From NCBI GenBank assembly GCA_004431415.1, contig QPMI01000009.1, positions 1 to 28,181 of the forward strand: a DNA stretch of 28,181 bases, read 5' to 3'. The translations under genes were made by a program, and so were the position numbers. This DNA comes from Cyanophora paradoxa CCMP329 (lineage: Eukaryota; Plantae; Glaucophyta). The notes beneath the pieces were generated by a model. The model saw only the letters and a program-made list of their open reading frames with translations, was not told the origin of the DNA and did not search any database. Below are positions 18,592-28,181 of the stretch, piece after piece (positions within the stretch are counted from its first letter, which is position 1; the number at the start of each line of letters is the position of its first letter).

Positions 18592-20790
18592 GTGCCGGGC
18601 CAGCGGGCGGGCCCGGGCGCGGCGGAGCGCACGCGCTGCCCGCGCGGCAGGTGCGGGGCGGCGCGGCGGCGCTGGCTGCGGTGGCCTGCGGCGATCGGGG
18701 GGCCCGCAGCAGGTGCGCCGCGCGCCGGGCGGGCGGCGGGCCGGCCCTAGGGGGCGGGCTCGCCGGCCCTTCCTGGGGAGGGCCCCGGCGCGAGGCCGTG
18801 GGTGGATACGGGGCGGGCGGCGCTCACGCGCTGGCCGTGCGGCAGGTGCGGGGCGCGCGGCGGCGCTGGCGGCGGCGGCCTGCGGCGATCACGGGGCCCG
18901 CAGCAGGTGCGCCGCGCGCCGGGCGGCGGCGGGCCGGCTCTAGGGCGGGCCTCGCAGCCCTCCTGGGAGGGCCCAGCGCGGGCCGGCGGGCGGTACGGGC
19001 GGGCGGCGCTCACGCGAGGGCCCCGGCGCGGGCCAGCGGGCGGTTACGGGCGCGGCAGCGCTCACGTGCTGGCCGTGCGGCAGGTGCGGGCGGCGTCGCG
19101 GCGGCGCTGGCGGCGGCGGCCTGCGCGTTGGGGGGCCCGCAGCAGATGCGCGCGCGCCGGGCGGGCGGCGGGCCGGCCCTAGGGGCGGGGCTCGCCGCCT
19201 TCCTGGGGAGGGCCCCGGCGCGAGCCGGTGGGCGGGTACGGGGCGGGGCGGCGCTCACGCGCTGCCGCGCGCAGGTGCGGGCGGCGGGCGCGCTGGCGGC
19301 GGCGGCCTGCGGCGATCGCGGGGCCCGCAGCAGGTGCGCCGCGCGCCGGGCGGGCGAAGGGCCGGCCCTAGGAGGTGGGGCCTCGCCGGCCCTCCCTGGG
19401 GAGGCCCGGCGCGGGGCCGGCGGGCGGTACGGGGCGGGGCGGCGCTCACGCGCTGGCCGTGCGGCAGGTGCGGGGCGGCGCGGCGGCGCTGGCGGCAGCG
19501 GCCGGCGGCGATCACGGGGCCCGCAGCAGGTGCGCCGCGCGCCGGGCGGCGGCGGGGGGCTCTAGGGGGCGGGGCCTCGCCGCCCTTCTGGGAGGGCCCC
19601 GGCGCGGGCGGTGGGCGGGTACGGGGCGGCGGCGCTCACGCGCTGGCCGTGCGGCAGGTGCGGGGCGGCGTCGCGGCGGCGCTGGCGGCGGCGGCCTGCG
19701 GCGATTGGGGGCCCGCAGCAGATGCGCGCGCGCCGGGCGGCGGGGGCCGGCCCTAGGGGCGGGCCTCGCCGGCCCTCCTGGGAGGCCCGGCGCGGCCGGC
19801 GGCAGGCCCGGGCGCGGCGGAGCGCACGCGCTGCCCGCGCGGCAGGTGCGGGGCGGCGCGGCGGCGCTGGCGGCGGCGGCCTGCGGCGATCGCGGGGCCC
19901 GCAGCAGGTGCGCGCGCGCCGGGCGGGCGGCAGGGCCGGCCCTAGGAGGTGGGCCTCGCCGGCCTTCCTGGGGAGGGCCCCGGCGCGGGGCGGCGGGCGG
20001 GTACGGGGCGGGGCGGCGCTCACGCGCTGGCCGTGCGGCAGGTGCGGGGCGGCGCGGCGGCGCTGCGGCGGCGGCCGGCGGCGATCACGGGGCCCGCAGC
20101 AGGTGCGCCGCGCGCCGGGCGGGCGGCGGGGCCGCCCCTAGGGGGCGGGGCCTCGCCGGCCCTTCCTGGGGAGGGCCCCGGCGCGGGGCCGGTGGGCAGG
20201 CCGGGGCGCGGCGGAGCGCACGCGCTGCCCGCGCGGCAGGTGCGGGGCGGCGCGGCGGCGCTGGCGGCGGCGGCCAGCGGCGATCGCGGGGCCCGCAGCA
20301 GGTGCTCAGCGCGCCAGGCGGGCGGCGGGGCCGGCCTCTAGGTGGCTGGGCCTCGCCGGCCCTTCCTGGGGAGGGCCCCGGCGCGGGGCTGGCGGGCGGG
20401 TACGGGGCGGGGCGGCGCTCACGCGCTCCCTGCGGCGCAGCTGCGCGGCGTTGCGGCGGCGCTGGCGGCGGCGGCCGGCGGCGATCACGGGGCCCGCAGC
20501 AGGTGCGCCGCGCGCCGGGCGGGCGGCGGGGCCAGCCCTGGGGGACGGGCCGGCGCCGGCCCTCCCTGGAGAGGGCCCCGCGCGGGGCCGGCGCGGCGGT
20601 ACGGGGCGGGGCGGCGCTCACGCGCTCCCTGCGGCGCACCTGCGCGGCGTCGCAGCGGCGTGGCGGCGGCGGCCGGAGGCGATCGTCGGGCCCGCAGCAG
20701 GTGCGCCGCGCACCGGGCGGGCGGCGGGGCCGGCCCTGGGGGGCGAGGCCTCGCCCGCCGTTCCTGGGGAGGGCCCCGGCGCGGGGCCGG
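18592..20790 (+). repeat. Tandem array A: ~11 copies of an extremely GC-rich ~190-200-bp unit (62-nt CAG|GTGCG..CAG| segment plus ~135-nt segment)
   Basis: The ~62-nt segment starts at ~18651, 18846, 19084, 19275, 19468, 19658, 19846, 20042, 20240, 20441 and 20640; CTAGG marker spacing is 189-201 bp, with one 238-bp unit carrying an internal partial duplication. Confidence 0.95.
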
Positions 20791-23700
20791 CGAGGGCCCT
20801 ACGAGCGCACGTCGACGCAGAGAGATTCTAAATATGGCCTGGGTCTGACCGCTGCGCGCGCAGGGACCCACGCCCCCTGCCCCCGCCGCCCCCTGAACCC
20901 GGTACCCCTGGTGCGAGCCCCGGGCCGTGCTCCCCGCTAGCTGATGGCCCGGCGAGGGCCCTACGAGCGCACGTCGACGCAGAGAGATTCTAAATATGGC
21001 CTGGGTCTGACCGCTGCGCGCGCAGGGACCCACCCCCCTGCCCCCGCCGCCCCCTGAACCCGGTACCCCTGGTGCGAGCCCTGGGCCGTGCACCCCGCCT
21101 GCCGATAGCCCCGCGAGGGCCCTACAAGCGCGCGTCGACGCATAGAGATTCTAAACATGGCCTGGGTCTGACCGCTGCGCGCGCAGGGACCCACGCCCCC
21201 TGCCCCCGCCGCCCCCTGAACCCGGTACCCCTGGTGCGAGCCTCGGGCCGTGCTCCCCGCCCGCCGATGGCCCGGCGAGGGCCCTACAAGCGCACGTCGA
21301 CGCAGAGAGATTCTAAATATGGCCTGGGTCTGACCGCTGCGCGCGCAGGGACCCACCCCCTTGCCCCCGCCGCCCCCTGAACCCGGTACCCCTGGTGCGA
21401 GCCCCGGCCGTGCTCCCCGCCCGCCGATGGCCCGGCGAGGGCCCTACGAGCGCACGTCGACGCAGAGAGATTCTAAACATGGCCTGGGTCTGACCGCTGC
21501 GCGCGCAGGGACCCACGCCCCCTGCCCCCGCCGCCCCCTGAACCCGGTACCCCTGGTGCGAGCCTCGGGCCGTGCTCCCCGCCCGCCGATGGCCCGGCGA
21601 GGGCCCTACGAGCGCACGTCGACGCAGAGAGATTCTAAACATGGCCTGGGTCTGACCGCTGCGCGCGCAGGGACCCACGCCCCCTGCCCCCGCCGCCCCC
21701 TGAACCCGGTACCCCTGGTGCGAGCCCCGGGCCGTGCTCCCCGCCCGCCGATGGCCCGGCGAGGGCCCTACGAGCGCACGTCGACGCAGAGAGATTCTAA
21801 ACATGGCCTGGGTCTGACCGCTGCGCGCGCAGGGACCCACCCCCTTGCCCCCGCCCCCTGAACCCGGTACCCCTGGTGCGAGCCCCGGGCCGTGCTCCCC
21901 GCCCGCCGATGGCCCGGCGAGGGCCCTACGAGCGCACGTCGACGCAGAGAGATTCTAAACATGGCCTGGGTCTGACCGCTGCGCGCGCAGGGACCCACGC
22001 CCCCTGCCCCCGCCGCCCCCTGAACCCGGTACCCCTGGTGCGAGCCCCGGGCCGTGCTCCCCGCCTGCCGATGACCCGGCGAGGGCCCTACGAGCGCACG
22101 TCGACGCAGAGAGATTCTAAATATGGCCTGGGTCTGACCGCTGCGCGCGCAGGGACCCGCCCCCCTTGCCCCCGCCGCCCCCTGAACCCGGTACCCCTAG
22201 TGCGAGCCCCGGGCCGTGCTCCCCGCCTGCCGATGACCCGGCGAGGGCCCTACGAGCGCACGTCGACGCAGAGAGATTCTAAATATGGCCTGGGTCTGAC
22301 CGCTGCGCGCGCAGGGACCCACGCCCCCTGCCCCCGCCGCCCCCTGAACCCGGTACCCCTGGTGCGAGCCCCGGGCCGTGCTCCCCGCTAGCTGATGGCC
22401 CGGCGAGGGCCCTACAAGCGCGCGTCGACGCATAGAGATTCTAAATATGGCCTGGGTCTGACCGCTGCGCGCGCAGGGACCCACCCCCCTTGCCCCCGCC
22501 GCCCCCTGAACCTGGTACCCCTGGTGCGAGCCCCGGGCCGTGCTCCCCGCTAGCTGATGGCCCGGCGAGGGCCCTACGAGCGCACGTCGACGCAGAGAGA
22601 TTCTAAATATGGCCTGGGTCTGACCGCTGCGCGCGCAGGGACCCACGCCCCCTGCCCCCGCCGCCCCCTGAACCCGGTACCCCTGGTGCGAGCCCCGGGC
22701 CGTGCTCCCCGCTAGCTGATGGCCCGGCGAGGGCCCTACAAGCGCGCGTCGACGCATAGAGATTCTAAATATGGCCTGGGTCTGACCGCTGCGCGCGCAG
22801 GGACCCACCCCCCTGCCCCCCCCCCCCCTGAACCCGGTACCCCTGGTGCGAGCCCCGGGCCGTGATCCCGCTAGCTGATGGCCCGGCGAGGGCCCTACAA
22901 GCGCGCTTCGACGCATAGAGATTCTAAACATGGCCTGGGTCTGACCGCTGCGCGCGCAGGGACCCGCCCCCCTTGCCCCCGCCGCCCCCTGAACCTGGTA
23001 CCCCTGGTGCGAGCCCCGGGCCGTGCTCCCCGCCCGCCGATGGCCCGGCGAGGGCCCTACAAGCGCGCGTCGACGCATAGAGATTCTAAATATGGCCTGG
23101 GTCTGACCGCTGCGCGCGCAGGGACCCACCCCCCTTGCCCCCGCCGCCCCCTGAACCCGGTACCCCTGGTGCGAGCCCCGGGCCGTGATCCCCGCTAGCT
23201 GATGGCCCGGCGAGGGCCCTACAAGCGCGCGTCGACGCATAGAGATTCTAAACATGGCCTGGGTCTGACCGCTGTGCGCGCAGGGACCCACCCCCCTGCC
23301 CCCGCCGCCCCCTGAACCCGGTACCCCTGGTGCGAGCCCCGGGCCGTGCTCCCCGCCCGCCGATGGCCCGGCGAGGGCCCTACGAGCGCACGTCGACGCA
23401 GAGAGATTCTAAATATGGCCTGGGTCTGACCGCTGCGCGCGCAGGGACCCGCCCCCCTTGCCCCCGCCGCCCCCTGAACCTGGTACCCCTGGTGCGAGCC
23501 CCGGGCCGTGCTCCCCGCCCGCCGATGGCCCGGCGAGGGCCCTACAAGCGCGCGTCGACGCATAGAGATTCTAAACATGGCCTGGGTCTGACCGCTGCGC
23601 GCGCAGGGACCCACGCCCCCTGCCCCCGCCGCCCCCTGAACCCGGTACCCCTGGTGCGAGCCCCGGGCCGTGCTCCCCGCCCGCCGATGGCCCGGCGAGG

Positions 23701-26700
23701 GCCCTACGAGCGCACGTCGACGCAGAGAGATTCTAAATATGGCCTGGGTCTGACCGCTGCGCGCGCAGGGACCCACCCCCCTTGCCCCCGCCGCCCCCTG
23801 AACCCGGTACCCCTGGTGCGAGCCCCGGGCCGTGCTCCCCGCCCGCCGATGGCCCGGCGAGGGCCCTACGAGCGCACGTCGACGCAGAGAGATTCTAAAC
23901 ATGGCCTGGGTCTGACCGCTGCGCGCGCAGGGACCCACCCCCCTGCCCCCGCCGCCCCCTGAACCCGGTACCCCTGGTGCGAGCCCCGGGCCGTGCTCCC
24001 CGCCCGCCGATGGCCCGGCGAGGGCCCTACAAGCGCACGTCGACGCAGAGAGATTCTAAATATGGCCTGGGTCTGACCGCTGCGCGCGCAGGGACCCACC
24101 CCCCTTGCCCCCGCCGCCCCCTGAACCCGGTACCCCTGGTGCGAGCCCCGGGCCGTGCTCCCCGCCCGCCGATGGCCCGGCGAGGGCCCTACGAGCGCAC
24201 GTCGACGCAGAGAGATTCTAAACATGGCCTGGGTCTGACCGCTGCGCGCGCAGGGACCCACGCCCCCTGCCCCCGCCGCCCCTGAACCCGGTACCCCTGG
24301 TGCGAGCCCGGGCCGTGCTCCCCGCCCGCCGATGGCCCGGCGAGGGCCCTACGAGCGCACGTCGACGCAGAGAGATTCTAAACATGGCCTGGGTCTGACC
24401 GCTGCGCGCGCAGGGACCCACGCCCCTGCCCCGCCGCCCCTGAACCCGGTACCCCTGGTGCGAGCCCCGGGCCGTGCTCCCCGCCCGCCGATGGCCCGGC
24501 GAGGGCCCTACGAGCGCACGTCGACGCAGAGAGATTCTAAATATGGCCTGGGTCTGACCGCTGCGCGCGCAGGGACCCACCCCCCTGCCCCCGCCGCCCC
24601 CTGAACCCGGTACCCCTGGTGCGAGCCCCGGGCCGTGCTCCCCGCCCGCCGATGGCCCGGCGAGGGCCCTACGAGCGCACGTCGACGCAGAGAGATTCTA
24701 AACATGGCCTGGGTCTGACCGCTGCGCGCGCAGGGACCCACGCCCCCTGCCCCCGCCGCCCCCTGAACCCGGTACCCCTGGTGCGAGCCCCGGGCCGTGC
24801 TCCCCGCCTGCCGATGACCCGGCGAGGGCCCTACGAGCGCACGTCGACGCAGAGAGATTCTAAATATGGCCTGGGTCTGACCGCTGCGCGCGCAGGGACC
24901 CGCCCCCCTTGCCCCCGCCGCCCCCTGAACCCGGTACCCCTAGTGCGAGCCCCGGGCCGTGCTCCCCGCTAGCTGATGGCCCGGCGAGGGCCCTACGAGC
25001 GCACGTCGACGCAGAGAGATTCTAAATATGGCCTGGGTCTGACCGCTGCGCGCGCAGGGACCCACCCCCCTTGCCCCCGCCGCCCCCTGAACCCGGTACC
25101 CCTGGTGCGAGCCCCGGGCCGTTGTCCCCGCTAGCTGATGGCCCGGCGAGGGCCCTACAAGCGCGCTTCGACGCATAGAGATTCTAAACATGGCCTGGGT
25201 CTGACCGCTGCGCGCGCAGGGACCCGCCCCCCTTGCCCCCGCCGCCCCCTGAACCTGGTACCCCTGGTGCGAGCCCCGGGCCGTGCTCCCCGCCCGCCGA
25301 TGGCCCGGCGAGGGCCCTACAAGCGCGCGTCGACGCATAGAGATTCTAAATATGGCCTGGGTCTGACCGCTGCGCGCGCAGGGACCCACCCCCCTTGCCC
25401 CCGCCGCCCCCTGAACCCGGTACCCCTGGTGCGAGCCCCGGGCCGTGATCCCCGCTAGCTGATGGCCCGGCGAGGGCCCTACAAGCGCGCGTCGACGCAT
25501 AGAGATTCTAAACATGGCCTGGGTCTGACCGCTGCGCGCGCAGGGACCCACCCCCCTGCCCCCGCCGCCCCCTGAACCCGGTACCCCTGGTGCGAGCCCC
25601 GGGCCGTGCTCCCCGCCCGCCGATGGCCCGGCGAGGGCCCTACGAGCGCACGTCGACGCAGAGAGATTCTAAATATGGCCTGGGTCTGACCGCTGCGCGC
25701 GCAGGGACCCGCCCCCCTTGCCCCCGCCGCCCCCTGAACCTGGTACCCCTGGTGCGAGCCCCGGGCCGTGCTCCCCGCCCGCCGATGGCCCGGCGAGGGC
25801 CCTACAAGCGCGCGTCGACGCATAGAGATTCTAAACATGGCCTGGGTCTGACCGCTGCGCGCGCAGGGACCCACGCCCCCTGCCCCCGCCGCCCCCTGAA
25901 CCCGGTACCCCTGGTGCGAGCCCCGGGCCGTGATCCCCGCTAGCTGATGGCCCGGCGAGGGCCCTACAAGCGCGCGTCGACGCATAGAATTCTAAACATG
26001 GCCTGGGTCTGACCGCTGCGCGCGCAGGGACCCACGCCCCCTGCCCCCGCCGCCCCCTGAACCCGGTACCCCTAGTGCGAGCCCCGGGCCGTGCTCCCCG
26101 CCTGCCGATGACCCGGCGAGGGCCCTACGAGCGCACGTCGACGCAGAGAGATTCTAAATATGGCCTGGGTCTGACCGCTGCGCGCGCAGGGACCCACGCC
26201 CCCTGCCCCCGCCGCCCCCTGAACCCGGTACCCCTGGTGCGAGCCCCGGGCCGTGCTCCCCGCCCGCCGATGGCCCGGCGAGGGCCCTACAAGCGCACGT
26301 CGACGCAGAGAGATTCTAAATATGGCCTGGGTCTGACCGCTGCGCGCGCAGGGACCCGCCCCCCTTGCCCCCGCCGCCCCCTGAACCCGGTACCCCTGGT
26401 GCGAGCCCCGGGCCGTGCTCCCCGCTAGCTGATGGCCCGGCGAGGGCCCTACGAGCGCACGTCGACGCAGAGAGAGATATTGGCCTGGGTCTGACCGCTG
26501 CGCGCGCAGGGACCCACGTCCCCTGCCCCCGCCGCCCCCTGAACCCGGTACCCCTGGTGCGAGCCCCGGGCCGTGCTCCCCGCTAGCTGATGGCCCGGCG
26601 AGGGCCCTACGAGCGCACGTCGACGCAGAGAGATTCTAAATATGGCCTGGGTCTGACCGCTGCGCGCGCAGGGACCACGTCCCCTGCCCCCGCCGCCCCT

Positions 26701-27278
26701 GAACCCGGTACCCCTGGTGCGAGCCCCGGGCCGTGCTCCCCGCCCGCCGATGGCCCGGCGAGGGCCCTACAAGCGCACGTCGACGCAGAGAGATTCTAAA
26801 TATGGCCTGGGTCTGACCGCTGCGCGCGCAGGGACCCGCCCCCCTTGCCCCCGCCGCCCCCTGAACCCGGTACCCCTGGTGCGAGCCCCGGGCCGTGCTC
26901 CCCGCTAGCTGATGGCCCGGCGAGGGCCCTACGAGCGCACGTCGACGCAGAGAGATTCTAAATATGGCCTGGGTCTGACCGCTGCGCGCGCAGGGACCCA
27001 CGTCCCCTGCCCCCGCCGCCCCCTGAACCCGGTACCCCTGGTGCGAGCCCCGGGCCGTGCTCCCCGCTAGCTGATGGCCCGGCGAGGGCCCTACGAGCGC
27101 ACGTCGACGCATAGAGATTCTAAATATGGCCTGGGTCTGACCGCTGCGCGCGCAGGGACCCACGCCCCCTGCCCCCGCCGCCCCCTGAACCCGGTACCCC
27201 TGGTGCGAGCCCCGGGCCGTGCTCCCCGCTAGCTGATGGCCCGGCGAGGGCCCTACAAGCGCGCGTCGACGCATAGAG
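20786..27278 (+). repeat. Tandem array B: ~40 highly homogeneous copies of a 162-bp satellite unit
   Basis: GATTCTAAA marker at 20824, 20986, 21147 ... ~27116; the unit carries GTCGAC and GGTACC sites; variation is confined to a few recurrent positions and homopolymer lengths. Confidence 0.98.
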
Positions 27279-27295
27279 GTCATTTGTGCTTCGAT

Positions 27296-27985
27296 GCACA
27301 TGTGTACATGTACATGAGGTGATGCATATGGGCCCGCGGATCCACGCCAGGGCACCCCAGGACGGGCCCCGCGCCCGAATCGGAGCACTGGGAAACAACA
27401 TGTATTATACATGGATTCATAATCTATAAGATGAGCTTGGAACGCCGCGCGTGAGACACAAGGCCGGCCTCGAGGGAGTGAGGGGGGCAAGTGAGGTGAT
27501 CGGCCCGCGGAACCACGCCAGGCTAGGGCACCCCAGGACGGGCCCCGCGCCTGCTTCGGGGCACTGAGACACAACTTTTACGGAACATCGATTGCGAATC
27601 CAGAACATGAGCCGAGGGCCACGGGCGCAAGACAAAAGGCCCGCCTTGAGGGAGTGAGTGGTGCACATGTGTACATGTACATGAGGTGATGCATATGGGC
27701 CCGCGGATCCACGCCAGGGCACCCCAGGACGGGCCCCGCGCCCGAATCGGAGCACTGGGAAACAACATGTATTATACATGGATTCAGAATCTATAAGATG
27801 AGCTGGGAACGCCGCGCGTGAGACACAAGGCCGGCCTCGAGGGAGTGAGGGGGGCACATGAGGGAATGGGCCCGCGGAACCGCGCCCTTTCTCCCCAGGG
27901 CGGGCCCCGCGCCCGAATCGGAGCACTGGGAAACAACCTGTATTACATAGGGATTTAGAATATATAAGATGAGCTAGGGGTGCAG
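27296..27985. repeat. Tandem array C: 367-bp dimer of two diverged monomers (171+196 bp), ~2 dimers
   Basis: GGCCCGCGGA marker at 27331, 27502, 27698 and 27869; 27296-27490 is nearly identical to 27662-27857. Confidence 0.9.
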
Positions 27986-28181
27986 GGTTCTAGGGGGATG
28001 GTCAGAGCGAGCCGAGGGCACCATGTGCCATCCACTGTAGTTTCATTCGAACTGGATATCTTTGGATGGGAATTAGTTATATTAGATCCAAATGTATCAT
28101 GAGAACGACAATGAAAAGGGCGGATAGAATATTGCAACGGTCGGGACTCACAATAAGCCTAAACCTGTAAGTCGCCACAAA

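Larger units (their letters stand above)
17950..27278 (+). ncRNA. Putative multi-exon (~55 intron) non-coding transcript running through both tandem arrays (start approximate)
   Basis: Intron-like segments 18092-18149 (GC-AG), 18196-18287, 18354-18409, 18492-18549 (GTGAG..CTGAC..CAG) and 18592-18650, then repeated branch/CAG/GTGCG signals in the array monomers on the same strand; no long spliced ORF with a recognisable domain. Confidence 0.4.

Noticed and set aside
20941-21010. Box C/D snoRNA in each B unit (CTGATGG ... CTGA, ~65-70 nt apart)
   Set aside because: The C box is non-consensus and reads CCGATGG in many copies, the 'D box' coincides with the predicted branch point, and there is no convincing terminal stem or identified target. 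Still worth a snoscan run.
20786-27278. CRISPR array
   Set aside because: Whole 162-bp units repeat with no unique spacers; no cas genes; eukaryotic context.
20485-27574. 54-aa repeat protein from unspliced array-B ORFs on either strand
   Set aside because: 162 is divisible by 3 and the DNA is GC-rich, so open frames are expected. Recurrent variants create stops on both strands (GCTAG on +, CCCTAGTG on -), and no domain is recognisable.
17828-28181. Telomeric repeats or rDNA spacer
   Set aside because: Only isolated TAGGGTTT/CCTAAA words occur, and no rRNA, tRNA or 5S sequence is recognisable in the window.

Overview
Eukaryotic, very GC-rich, intron-dense DNA with mostly 50-70 nt introns, frequent GC-AG donors and many apparent homopolymer indel errors typical of an unpolished long-read assembly. 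The style resembles GC-rich algae such as the glaucophyte Cyanophora, but that is inference only. Most long ORFs in the supplied track are GC artefacts; the genes emerge only after manual splicing. The left 15 kb holds four conserved genes: WDR54 (-), an R3HCC1-like R3H/RRM protein (+), a secreted and probably GPI-anchored pepsin-family aspartic protease (-), and an RHL1 (topoisomerase VI partner) homolog (+). Between WDR54 and R3HCC1 lies a 4.04-kb block bounded by a perfect 21-bp direct repeat. It carries a lower-GC secreted protein gene built from exon-duplicated ~100-aa beta-rich modules, plus decayed gene fragments. 15.3-17.8 kb is a repeat mosaic containing a clean hAT-type MITE (9-bp TIR, 8-bp TSD). 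The most unusual part is 17.8-27.3 kb: a TATA tract, five unique intron-like segments without a convincing ORF, then two abutting tandem arrays (~11 x ~195 bp and ~40 x 162 bp). The monomers look like exon+intron cassettes (branch point, CAG acceptor, GTGCG donor), all on the + strand. This suggests a ~55-intron, probably non-coding 'spliced satellite' transcript, a hypothesis that needs RNA data. A third, dimeric 367-bp repeat ends the window.
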